From the IMG/VR virus record IMGVR_UViG_3300044557_000104, positions 32,001 through 96,000 of that record: 64,000 nucleotides of DNA; one strand, 5' to 3'. This document shows, one piece after another, positions 18,120 to 27,718 of this stretch (position 1 is the stretch's first letter; each line of letters opens with the position of its first letter). The position numbers and the translations under genes are program-made. The notes under the pieces are model-generated. The model had not been told where the DNA came from. It ran no database searches and saw only the letters and a program-made list of their open reading frames with translations. The stretch is from a virus (Duplodnaviria; Caudoviricetes).

Positions 18120-18992
18120 TTGCCAATTTCTCTCGTAGATCAGCAGTTAAGTAATGAAATATCCTCATTATTAAAGGGTATTCTATCAAATTACTATATT
18201 ATAAATAGGGACATATTAGCAGAGTTACCAGATGATGTATCACAACCCTTTATAGAAACTTATGGAATAGGGGAAGGCTACAAGGGCGTTAATATACCAA
18301 TTTACTTTAATTTTCCAGACACTCCCCCAACAACTGCATTTGTGTTAATTCAGTATGAGGGTGGCGAGGAAGATACAGATTCTACATCTCTAGGAATGGT
18401 TCAAGGATCTATGGGTTCTACCTATTCTAAAGATGGTGTTTCTGAGAAGTTAAAGGTACATGTTGATACCTCTGGTGATTCTCCGAAGGCATTCATAACT
18501 CCAAGCAAAACACCATATAGTGTTGCTGGGGTACAGCAAGTTAGTAAGTACAACCTAGAAGATGATGGAAATATTTATGTTAAGTATTTTGACCTGTACA
18601 AGGATAATGATATTTACTTAGATGTTACTTACTATCCTAAAGCAGATAAGGGTAGTGATTATATTCCTCTAGGTACTGTGCTTAATGAGAAGGTGACTGT
18701 TGACTTTATAGCATCAAATACAAATACCATTAGATGTCTATCTGCATTAATGACATACATTAGTATTTATCTACGTACTACCTTAGAGAATAATGGAAAT
18801 GTATTCCTACCTAAAGTTGTTTTAAATGGTATGGATTTGTTAGAAGATATTACATCTGCTACTGATTCTGCTGAGGGACAACAGTTAAGGTATCGTAGAA
18901 TGGAGATTACTTATAAGGTAACGCAATCCATTAATATGAGTGCTGTAAAGAAAATAGAGGACATAGATATAAATAAGGAAGGTATCAGCTAA
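18120..18992 (+). CDS. Putative tail terminator protein
   Basis: Size and synteny before the sheath gene. Confidence 0.55.
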   Translation: MPISLVDQQLSNEISSLLKGILSNYYIINRDILAELPDDVSQPFIETYGIGEGYKGVNIPIYFNFPDTPPTTAFVLIQYEGGEEDTDSTSLGMVQGSMGSTYSKDGVSEKLKVHVDTSGDSPKAFITPSKTPYSVAGVQQVSKYNLEDDGNIYVKYFDLYKDNDIYLDVTYYPKADKGSDYIPLGTVLNEKVTVDFIASNTNTIRCLSALMTYISIYLRTTLENNGNVFLPKVVLNGMDLLEDITSATDSAEGQQLRYRRMEITYKVTQSINMSAVKKIEDIDINKEGIS

Positions 18993-18993
18993 T

Positions 18994-19197
18994 ATGACAT
19001 TAAACAAAAAGAAAACTGCACCGAGGAAGCTATACTCCTTAGATGCGTTTATCCAGTCCGCCATAGAATCACCTAAATATAAGGGTGTTTCTAAAGTCAA
19101 GTTGGCAGGCTTTAAATCTTTGATGGTACAACAGGACAAACAGTATGTATATGATGAATCCGAGTATGTACCAGAACTTGACAAGTATTTGAAATAG
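18994..19197 (+). CDS. Small virion-module hypothetical protein
   Basis: SD AAGGAAGG; ~67-aa gene directly before the sheath, as in related phages. Confidence 0.7.
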   Translation: MTLNKKKTAPRKLYSLDAFIQSAIESPKYKGVSKVKLAGFKSLMVQQDKQYVYDESEYVPELDKYLK

Positions 19198-19213
19198 AAA
19201 GGAAGATTAATTA

Positions 19214-21049
19214 ATGGATTTAACTACCCTAGAAGAATCAATGAAAAAGATTTTTCCTAAGACATATAATTCACGTCCACACGTAGAAGTTGGATACGAT
19301 GATTCAGCATTATCTAACAGTTCATCTGATTCAGATAAGAATATTTTCTTACTTGGGTCAGCTACTGATGGTGATCCAAGTAAAATCTATGAAGTTAACT
19401 CAAGCCTGATGGCTCGTTCCATCTTTGGCTCTGGTGACTTGGTAGATGCAATGGAGGTTATCTGGGATCCTTCAAGTAGCGGTACACAAAATGGTGGTAC
19501 AGTTTTTGCCATGCGTGTTGAAAATGCTACTCAAGGAACACTTAAAAATGGTGTTGTAACATTTAAATCTAAAGTATTTGGTTCAAACGCTAATAAGATT
19601 GCTTTAGCGCTTGATAAAGATGCTATTACAAATGCTTACCGTTTGACTGTTAACTATCCAGTTAAGAACTACAGTACAACATATACTAACATTGGGAACA
19701 TCTTTTCATTGTCATACATTGGTACCGAAGCATCTGCAGCTTATAAGGTTGATGGTAGCTTAGGTAATGCTACAAGTTTTGAACTATCAGTTGGTAATGA
19801 CACTGCCAGTTTGGCTCCAGTTGCTACCTTTGATATTTCAAGTGGTAACTATGATAGTGTTTATGACATTATTGAAGCTATTAATAAGATCCCGGGATTC
19901 CAAGCAGCACCACTTAAATCAGCTTACTCAATCTCAGCTTTCAAGTTGGATGCTACTGCTGATCGTGTACAAGTTAAGAACTCAGATGAACCAGCAATTG
20001 TTACATCACTCTATGGCGATCTAGAAAACGTTCTGGAAGATGACACTTATGTAGGTGTATCAGTATTATATGATGATCCTTCTAAGATTCAAGACCCAGA
20101 AAATGTTACTGCAACGCCAACTAATGATGGTGCTAAGGTTACTGCAACTGATAGTGAACGGACTGGTATTACTCCATTTGAACTTACTAATTTATCTGGT
20201 GGTACTGACGGTGTTGTTCCTACAAGCTGGGCTGATAAGTTTAATAACATTATTGGTCATAATGTCTATTACATTGTTCCATTAACTGCTCAAGAAAACG
20301 TTCATGCTGAATTGCGTGAGTTCCTAAATGAACAAGACTTATTGGGTTATCATTATATTGCCTTTGTTGGTGGTGGTTACAATGAAAACTATACTAAGGC
20401 TATTTCACGTCAAGCAGCATTACGTTCTAACCGAATTGCATTAGTTGCTAACTCAGGATACTACACAGCATTGAATGGTGCTACTGTTCATATTCCGGGT
20501 TATATCATGGCAGCCTTTGTAGCTGGTACTTCATCAAGTCTTCCAGTTGGATATGCCGTTACTAACAAGTACCTTGGTCTAACTAGTTTGGATCAAAACT
20601 TCTCTGGTGATGAACTTAACCAATTGGACGCATCAGGTATCATTGCTATTGAAGCAGTTATCAACCGGAATGCTAGTGGTGGATTTGCAATCGTTGAAGA
20701 TGTTACTACGTATAACTCAACTAATGAACCTGTTAAGAACTTGATTTCACTACAAGAGTTAACAGACTTCCTATTTGATGACTTACGTGTTTCGATGCGT
20801 GAAGATTACATTGGTAAGCCACTATCAACCTTGTCTGGTCAACAAATTTCATCATACATTTCAACATTCTTATCAAAGCGTGTTGCATCTGGTATGTTGG
20901 CATCATATGATCCTAACGACATTGAAGTTGATATTGTTGGTAACACTGTAATGGTTGTTTTCTCTGCAGCGCCTGCACGGGAAGCTCGCTTGATTGTGGT
21001 TAAAGGTACTTACACTAACTTCACAAGCACAACAACCTCAGCGGGTTAA
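19214..21049 (+). CDS. Contractile tail sheath protein
   Basis: SRPHVE, IFGSGDLVDA, AMRVENAT, LSGG.DG.VP.SWADKF, EDVTTYN motifs. Confidence 0.93.
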   Translation: MDLTTLEESMKKIFPKTYNSRPHVEVGYDDSALSNSSSDSDKNIFLLGSATDGDPSKIYEVNSSLMARSIFGSGDLVDAMEVIWDPSSSGTQNGGTVFAMRVENATQGTLKNGVVTFKSKVFGSNANKIALALDKDAITNAYRLTVNYPVKNYSTTYTNIGNIFSLSYIGTEASAAYKVDGSLGNATSFELSVGNDTASLAPVATFDISSGNYDSVYDIIEAINKIPGFQAAPLKSAYSISAFKLDATADRVQVKNSDEPAIVTSLYGDLENVLEDDTYVGVSVLYDDPSKIQDPENVTATPTNDGAKVTATDSERTGITPFELTNLSGGTDGVVPTSWADKFNNIIGHNVYYIVPLTAQENVHAELREFLNEQDLLGYHYIAFVGGGYNENYTKAISRQAALRSNRIALVANSGYYTALNGATVHIPGYIMAAFVAGTSSSLPVGYAVTNKYLGLTSLDQNFSGDELNQLDASGIIAIEAVINRNASGGFAIVEDVTTYNSTNEPVKNLISLQELTDFLFDDLRVSMREDYIGKPLSTLSGQQISSYISTFLSKRVASGMLASYDPNDIEVDIVGNTVMVVFSAAPAREARLIVVKGTYTNFTSTTTSAG

Positions 21050-21106
21050 ATCACCACTGATGATATAATAAAGGTAGCTTATTATATCGAGAGAAGGATG
21101 ATTTAA

Positions 21107-22057
21107 TTGGGAAGACGTTTAACTAACGAAGAGTTCACAGAACGGGTTTATAACTTAGTAGGTAATGAGTACACATTTGAAGAACCCTATAAGGGAAACA
21201 GAGAGAAGCTACTGGTGAGACATAGCAAGTGTGGTCATACCTATAAAGTTGCACCTTATGCTTTTAAATCTGGTAGAAGGTGTCCTTATTGTCTGAATAG
21301 AAATGTATTAAATCAAGAGCAGTTTATTGCTGAAATCAAGAAACACTTTGGTGATAGATATACTGTTGTGGGCAAATACATTAACAGGAGTACTAAAGTT
21401 AAAATGCACTGTAATAAGTGTGGTACAACTTGGAATGCTCTCCCGACTACCCTACTAAGTGGACATGAGTGTGAAATTTGTTCCTATAGGAAGCGTGGAG
21501 ACAATAGACGGTATACAAAAGAACAGTTTGTAGAAAATCTGGAATCTAAATATCCTCATAAATACACTATCATAGGTGAGTATAAAGGAGTCCACAAGCC
21601 TATAGAAGTAATTTATAATCATTGTGGTCACACTGGATTTGTAGACCCATCTAATCTACTAATTGGATATGGGTGCCCTATTTGTAAGAACTCTCGTGGT
21701 GAACTACTTATTGCTAAAGTATTAGATAGTTTAAATATTAAATATCAAGCTCAAAAGTGTTTTGAAGGTTGTAAGGATAAAAGAATGCTTCCCTTTGATT
21801 TTTATATTCCAGAGTATAATACATGTATTGAATATGATGGTATCCAACATTATGAACCACGTAGCTTTGGTGGATCAGACGAGGAAACTATTGAGAACTA
21901 TAATATTCAGAAATCACATGATGTTATGAAAGACAAATTTTGCAAAGCAGAGGGAATCCTTCTAGTCAGAATACCTTATAGTGTTAAAGAGTTTGAAGAT
22001 TTAAAAAATATTATACTAGATAATATAGTTTTTAAAACTAGAAAGGATTGTGATTAA
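21107..22057 (+). CDS. Free-standing homing endonuclease (same family as the terL intron ORFs)
   Basis: H.KCGH...CPYC repeats; LPFDFYIP...IEYDGIQH; no intron core in the flanks. Confidence 0.82.
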   Translation: MGRRLTNEEFTERVYNLVGNEYTFEEPYKGNREKLLVRHSKCGHTYKVAPYAFKSGRRCPYCLNRNVLNQEQFIAEIKKHFGDRYTVVGKYINRSTKVKMHCNKCGTTWNALPTTLLSGHECEICSYRKRGDNRRYTKEQFVENLESKYPHKYTIIGEYKGVHKPIEVIYNHCGHTGFVDPSNLLIGYGCPICKNSRGELLIAKVLDSLNIKYQAQKCFEGCKDKRMLPFDFYIPEYNTCIEYDGIQHYEPRSFGGSDEETIENYNIQKSHDVMKDKFCKAEGILLVRIPYSVKEFEDLKNIILDNIVFKTRKDCD

Positions 22058-22490
22058 AATTAGTACAGAAGCCGGACAAACAGTTTCAACTGGGAATCGT
22101 ATCTACATCATGGCTAAGAATACATTGATTGGTCGTGCTCAATCACTTACCGCTGATGTATCATTTGGTACAGAAGGGGTTTATGAATTAGGTTCAATTA
22201 TGCCACAGGAACATGTATACTTAAAGTATACTGGGACTGTAACACTTGAACGTTTCCGTATGATTGATTTAAACTTTGCTAACTCATCATTGGGAATTGC
22301 AGCACTTGGTGAGGATATTCTCCAAAAAGATGTCATTGACATTAACGTTATGGATGATATTACAAAGGGTGTTATTGAAACATATCGTGGATGTACTGCT
22401 GATTCACACAACACGTCAATGCGTGCGAACCAGATTGTTACAGAAAACATGCGTTTCTTCTTCCTAACATGCTCTACACAAGGAGCATAA
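22050..22490 (+). CDS. Tail tube protein (start codon uncertain)
   Basis: QTVSTGN.I, GRAQS, FGTEGVYELGSIMPQEHVYLKY.G motifs. Confidence 0.9.
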   Translation: MIKISTEAGQTVSTGNRIYIMAKNTLIGRAQSLTADVSFGTEGVYELGSIMPQEHVYLKYTGTVTLERFRMIDLNFANSSLGIAALGEDILQKDVIDINVMDDITKGVIETYRGCTADSHNTSMRANQIVTENMRFFFLTCSTQGA

Positions 22491-22502
22491 ACTAATTAAA
22501 TT

Positions 22503-22539
22503 AAGAGACAGCTATCTTAACGGGTGGTTGTCTCTTTTT
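22503..22539 (+). terminator. Intrinsic terminator fused to the next late promoter
   Basis: AAGAGACAGCTATC-TTAACG-GGTGGTTGTCTCTT plus T-tract, directly followed by CTATATTA. Confidence 0.8.
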
Positions 22540-22641
22540 CTATATTAAATGATAGATAATTCAGACTTAACAGATAAAAAGGCGATATATTGTATAATTA
22601 GATTAGAGTTTAAATTTAATTATATAGAGGGAGACATATAA

Positions 22642-23256
22642 ATGGCTTTATCAGAAGAAGAAAAACGTAAGGCAATGCAGCAATTGCGTGACCAAGATAA
22701 ACAACGTCAAGCAAAAGAAGCGGAAGCTAATAAAGATGCTAAACCAGTTGATGTAATTAAGCAGGAATCTAAGGACGATAAGGATGCCATTATTGAATCA
22801 TTAAAATCTCAGATTGCTAAGAAAGATGAAACAATTGGTAGTTTAAAGAGTCAAGCTAATGATCAATTTAGTGAAAAGACATTCTTGCAGGAGAATGAAG
22901 CGCTTAATGCAGTTCTTAAAGGTAATGATGGTAAGAACTTTGTTAAGGAATATAACTTAGATGTTGAAAATAGTGATAACAAATTACATTTCATTGTTAA
23001 GATGCACTTACCTAATGTTATGGAAATTTCAGCTATTGAACAGGAATTTGTAGACTTAACTAAGGGGCGTGGAAATAGCTTTAGTCAAACTAACCAAATG
23101 TTATTCCGTGCCATCTCATACTTCCGTGTAGTGGGAGATGAAGTTCCAGAATGGTTTAAAGACCCAGAAAGTACCTACCGTTGGGATATTATCCTAAGTA
23201 CATGGTTGGATTACGAGGAATGGGAAGACTCCTTTCGAGACCAGCAATTCAAGTAA
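22642..23256 (+). CDS. Tail assembly chaperone (G)
   Basis: Between tube and tape measure; FRVVG..VPEWF...W.D...SFR motif. Confidence 0.75.
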   Translation: MALSEEEKRKAMQQLRDQDKQRQAKEAEANKDAKPVDVIKQESKDDKDAIIESLKSQIAKKDETIGSLKSQANDQFSEKTFLQENEALNAVLKGNDGKNFVKEYNLDVENSDNKLHFIVKMHLPNVMEISAIEQEFVDLTKGRGNSFSQTNQMLFRAISYFRVVGDEVPEWFKDPESTYRWDIILSTWLDYEEWEDSFRDQQFK

Positions 23257-23773
23257 AAACAACCCAAATAGTAACCCTAACCTACCAAGAGCAATTAATG
23301 AACTTGGGGGTATGGAAAAAGTAGCTCGGTCTACCGCTGGTCGTAACATGTGGCTTATTATGAAGATGTTTAATGCACTTCCTAATGACCCATTAATTAA
23401 AAGTTTAACTTATGCTCAACGTGAGTTTATTGTGGCAAGTATTACACAGGATAATCGTGAAGCAGAACTTGGTGACAACACTAAGGAAGTTTCGCATGTA
23501 GTTGATAACTCAGACTACAAAGATAAGTTCTACTCTAATGATAATATTGATCTGCTTGAAGATGGGGATAACTTAGATGATATCTACAATCAAGTTCAAA
23601 AACTTACTAATGATCCTAGATTTGAAATGGACATTGATAACAAGATTGAACATGCTTTGGAAGATAAGAAGTCTGAGAATAAGAATGCAGATCAAATCAT
23701 TAAAGAATCATGGGATAAAATTGAACAGGATGCTAAGCAAGCTATTAGTGATGAGGAATGGGCTGAAATCTAA
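23234..23773 (+). CDS. Tail assembly chaperone extension (T), probably expressed by +1 frameshift
   Basis: The +1 frame is open from 23198 to 23773 and overlaps TCC TTT CGA at 23230-23238; LGGM..AR....N.W motif. Confidence 0.65.
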   Translation, partial: FETSNSSKNNPNSNPNLPRAINELGGMEKVARSTAGRNMWLIMKMFNALPNDPLIKSLTYAQREFIVASITQDNREAELGDNTKEVSHVVDNSDYKDKFYSNDNIDLLEDGDNLDDIYNQVQKLTNDPRFEMDIDNKIEHALEDKKSENKNADQIIKESWDKIEQDAKQAISDEEWAEI

Positions 23774-23790
23774 AGAGGGGAAGTGATCTA

Positions 23791-26700
23791 GTGTCCGACA
23801 GCAAAGATGTCGATCTGAATATAAAATTTAATGCTAATGAAGTATTATCACAAATTCGTCAAGTAGACCAAGCAATTGCAAACACACAGAATAGAGTTAA
23901 CCAGCTTAATCGAAAAGCAAGTAACAACAATGGCACTATTTCTGCCCGTGACCAAGCTAATGTTGCTGGACAACTTGGTGACTCCCAAGAGATGCTCCGA
24001 GCAATTCAGGAGCTTTCTAAGGTAACAGCCCAGACACTGGACTATCAACGTGCTAATCATGCTGATACTAGTACTGTGTCTAATAACCAAAATGTTTATA
24101 AGATGTTACAAGATGCTTTGGATCGTGGACACTCCTCAATTGGATATAGTCAAACCACAGGCAATGTCAACCCTAATGAATCCTTTCAGCAGACTCAAGG
24201 TTATAAGACAAATGCTTCAAAAGCGTATAGTAATTATAATGATACTGATTTACAGCATGAGCGTGATGAGTTAAACCGTTCCATGAAAGACTTTGTAAGG
24301 TCTATCAGCTTACAAGTTGGTAATACCTCAAGGTCAATCACTCGTACATCAGGTACACTAGATACAACTATTCGATCTGGACACATGTCTGGTGAACGCT
24401 ATGACAAGTATAATAATGGTTTTGCTACTGCTAATGAAAATATTAAATCTACCAGTGTTTCTATTGATGATAAAATTAGAGAATATACAGGTAGACGTGA
24501 TCAAGTCCAAGGCAGAATTGATAGCATTAATAACAATAATGCTAAAGGACAGTATTCACGAGATGATGCTAGTGAGAAAGCCGCAGCCACTGAACAGGTT
24601 AAAGAGATTCAAAAGAACATTGATTCTCTACGAACTTTCCGTGAGCAACTTGATAAAGCTAGTGACACTAATAAGACTAATCAAAACAAGCTAAATACAG
24701 CGGTAGATTCAGATGCTGTTGGTGTTGATCCCTATAAGAACTCATTAAGAGGGATTATTAATAGTCGTCTTCCATCTATTGGACGTGGGGCGGTTGCTGC
24801 AGGGACTGCTACTGCTACTGGGTTAGTTTCCTCTGGTAGTCAAGCCCGTCTGCAAATGGAAGAGCAAGTTAATCCAATTATGTATGCACAGGCACAGCAA
24901 AATGGTGTCACTAAACATGCAGATAATACAATTGAGAACAACCTAGCAGACATTAGTAAAAAGAATGGTACTAACTACAAGCAAACAGAAATGGCTCAAT
25001 TTGCTAGTGCATATACTGGTAGTACAGGTAACTCAAACTATCAATCAGGTGCTAATAATTGGTCACAGTTTGCTCGTTATAGTGGAGTATCAAATGATAC
25101 TGCTCTAGCTCTAGAAAACACTGTTGGTCAGTCTGGTGGTGGTAGTGATTCCGCAGCGGTCACTCATGCTATTCAGAACTCTATTACTAATTCTGGTATG
25201 ACTGCTAAAGCTAATGTGCAGGGACAAGCTCTTAACTCCCTTATTAGTAATGCTTCTAACCTAAACTTATCTAAGACCAATATCAAAGATATGGCTGGTT
25301 TCCAAGGAATAATGGCCAAACAAGGTTCTGATCTCCAAGGACAAAATGGTGCTAATGCTCTTACCGCTACTACTAAAGCAGTAACTAATTTTAATGATCC
25401 AGTTGCTCGTATGTGGTTTGGTGGTAACTCAGATAAGTACCAAGGTGTTGATGGACAAGTTAAGTTAATGGATGATATGCAACAAGCTGCTAAAGATCCA
25501 TTAAAACTTAATAACCCTATTGCTCGTGGATTGGCAAGCAACCATGGTAATGTTGAACGTACTGCTGGACAGTTATCACAAATGGCTCAAGCTAATGGCC
25601 AAGACCTAACAGTTGCACAAGCTCGTAAGCTGATTAACTTGCAAAAGAATGGTCAGTGGACTAAAAAAGCTGTTAACGATATTGTTAAACCTAAAGGCAA
25701 GAGTGATAAGAATAAAGCCCAGTATGATAAATCTGGTGTAGCTACTATTAATGCCAAGGAAGCTATTATTCAAGCAGCTTCTATTAAATCTAGTCAAGCT
25801 ATGGATACTCCTCGTGCTATTGGCAATACCCTTATGGGAATGAGTAGTGGTTTAACCGCTACTATGTTGACTGGTGGTAGTATTGGTGCATCAGCACTCC
25901 AAAGTATTGGGGGTACTGCTATTGGTAGTATGTTCCAAGGTAAAGGTGAACATACTGCTCCTCGTGGTGGTCGTCACATGGATAAATCAGGTAGATTTAC
26001 TAGTAGGGTAGGGTCAAAAATTAGGAGCACTGCTTCTACTATTGGTGAATCAGGAATATTTAAGGGTGCCACTAAGTATGCTAAGCGTGCTGGCGGGTTC
26101 CTTAAAAATAGTAGAATTGGTGGATTTGCAGTAAGTGTAGGAACTGGTATTCTCACCCATGGTAAGAGTTTAAAATCTAGAACAATGCAACGATTTGCAC
26201 GTAATGGTTCTCACTTTGCAACTAAGGGTGCAACCAAAGAAGCAGAATCAGTTGCTACTCGTGCTACTAGATTTGCTAAAACCAGTAGAGCATCTTCACT
26301 GCTAAGCAAGGGTGGCAGCGTTCTAAGAGGTGCTGGTAAAATTGGTGGTGGAGCATTAAGTGCTGCGTTAGCTGTTGGTAGTATCTACACTGATTTAAAA
26401 ACCACTAAAAAAGGTTCTAAAGAACGTCATAAAGCAGTTGGATCATCAGTAGGTTCAGGTGTTGGTGGTACAGTTGGTTCTGTACTTGGATCAGCACTTG
26501 GCCCCCTTGGTACAATAGCTGGGGGTGCAGCAGGATCATGGATTGGTGGAAAAATTGGTGGATTTGCTGGTGGGCTACTGCCTGCTAATAATAAAAAGAG
26601 TGTTGTTGAACGTGCCAAAGAGAAACAAAAGAAGGATATGAAAAAGTTCTTTGGTGGGGATAAAGATGATAAGAATCTAACTAAGATGGGTAAGAGTAAG

Positions 26701-27654
26701 AACACCAGCAACAATAAGAAAAATGATGTTCTTAGTCGTGCTAAATCCCTGCTCAAAGGTTTCAATGATATGCTTGACAAAGCCCTTAAAGTTATTGCCG
26801 CAGCCAAAGAGATTAAAGGCGGAGACTCTAATAGTGACTCAGACTCTAATTCTGATGTAACTGGAACAAGTGGCAAAGGCTCAGAAGCACTTAAAAGCAT
26901 TGCAAAAAAAGTTGGTAAGGATTTGGGGGTTGACCCAAGCTATATCTATGCACAACTAGCGTTAGAATCAGCAGATGGAACATCCAAATTGTCTTCCCAC
27001 AATAACTTTGGTGGTATAAAGTACCAAAGTGGGGCAGCCGGTGAAACAAAAGGGTCAATAAGTCCAGAGCATGATGCCTACGCATACTTTGACTCAACAG
27101 ATGCTTTTGCCAGTAAGTATGAAGCAACATTAAAGAGTAAAGGAATACAGAACTCATCAAGCCTAGAAGACTTTAATAATAAGCTCAAAGCTGGTGGGTA
27201 TTATACAGATAACTCTGCGCATTACTTATCTATGTTAAAGTCAAAAGTAAAAGACTATAATGCTATGGGTGGTGTAAAACTTCATTCCACTGGTGGTATG
27301 AGTATTGCTAACCAAGCCACTTATGCTAATGGTGGCAACGTCTATGGTGAAGCTGGTACCGAAGCATATGTTCCATTAAATGCTGGACACTTCTATGATG
27401 GTATGTCTACTGTTAATGATCTAGCTGGTATGTTTGGCAAACGTCTGGTAGATCATAGCGCTACTGATAATTCAAGTAATGCACGTAATGTTTCTGTATC
27501 ACCATCTTATAACATTAATATTGATGCTAGTGGTAGTAATGGTGTTGATGAGAATAAGATTAAACAAGTGGTTATGCAAGCATTACAGTCCTATACTAAT
27601 GATATTAAAAATCAAACTACAAGTGCATTCTTTGGTAATGCCTTTGTACAATAA
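23791..27654 (+). CDS. Tape measure protein with C-terminal glucosaminidase (GH73-like) domain
   Basis: Long coiled-coil and Gly/Ala-rich regions; AQLALES...NNFGGIK...GYYTD. Confidence 0.88.
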   Translation: MSDSKDVDLNIKFNANEVLSQIRQVDQAIANTQNRVNQLNRKASNNNGTISARDQANVAGQLGDSQEMLRAIQELSKVTAQTLDYQRANHADTSTVSNNQNVYKMLQDALDRGHSSIGYSQTTGNVNPNESFQQTQGYKTNASKAYSNYNDTDLQHERDELNRSMKDFVRSISLQVGNTSRSITRTSGTLDTTIRSGHMSGERYDKYNNGFATANENIKSTSVSIDDKIREYTGRRDQVQGRIDSINNNNAKGQYSRDDASEKAAATEQVKEIQKNIDSLRTFREQLDKASDTNKTNQNKLNTAVDSDAVGVDPYKNSLRGIINSRLPSIGRGAVAAGTATATGLVSSGSQARLQMEEQVNPIMYAQAQQNGVTKHADNTIENNLADISKKNGTNYKQTEMAQFASAYTGSTGNSNYQSGANNWSQFARYSGVSNDTALALENTVGQSGGGSDSAAVTHAIQNSITNSGMTAKANVQGQALNSLISNASNLNLSKTNIKDMAGFQGIMAKQGSDLQGQNGANALTATTKAVTNFNDPVARMWFGGNSDKYQGVDGQVKLMDDMQQAAKDPLKLNNPIARGLASNHGNVERTAGQLSQMAQANGQDLTVAQARKLINLQKNGQWTKKAVNDIVKPKGKSDKNKAQYDKSGVATINAKEAIIQAASIKSSQAMDTPRAIGNTLMGMSSGLTATMLTGGSIGASALQSIGGTAIGSMFQGKGEHTAPRGGRHMDKSGRFTSRVGSKIRSTASTIGESGIFKGATKYAKRAGGFLKNSRIGGFAVSVGTGILTHGKSLKSRTMQRFARNGSHFATKGATKEAESVATRATRFAKTSRASSLLSKGGSVLRGAGKIGGGALSAALAVGSIYTDLKTTKKGSKERHKAVGSSVGSGVGGTVGSVLGSALGPLGTIAGGAAGSWIGGKIGGFAGGLLPANNKKSVVERAKEKQKKDMKKFFGGDKDDKNLTKMGKSKNTSNNKKNDVLSRAKSLLKGFNDMLDKALKVIAAAKEIKGGDSNSDSDSNSDVTGTSGKGSEALKSIAKKVGKDLGVDPSYIYAQLALESADGTSKLSSHNNFGGIKYQSGAAGETKGSISPEHDAYAYFDSTDAFASKYEATLKSKGIQNSSSLEDFNNKLKAGGYYTDNSAHYLSMLKSKVKDYNAMGGVKLHSTGGMSIANQATYANGGNVYGEAGTEAYVPLNAGHFYDGMSTVNDLAGMFGKRLVDHSATDNSSNARNVSVSPSYNINIDASGSNGVDENKIKQVVMQALQSYTNDIKNQTTSAFFGNAFVQ

Positions 27655-27718
27655 AATGATACCTCTCGGTTTATTCTGGGAGGTATTCCTACATAATCCT
27701 AAGTAAAAGGAGAAAATT

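Noticed and set aside
21050-22060. Group I intron around the free-standing endonuclease
   Set aside because: The flanks are under 60 nt with no P7 or P3 elements, and sheath and tube genes are each complete
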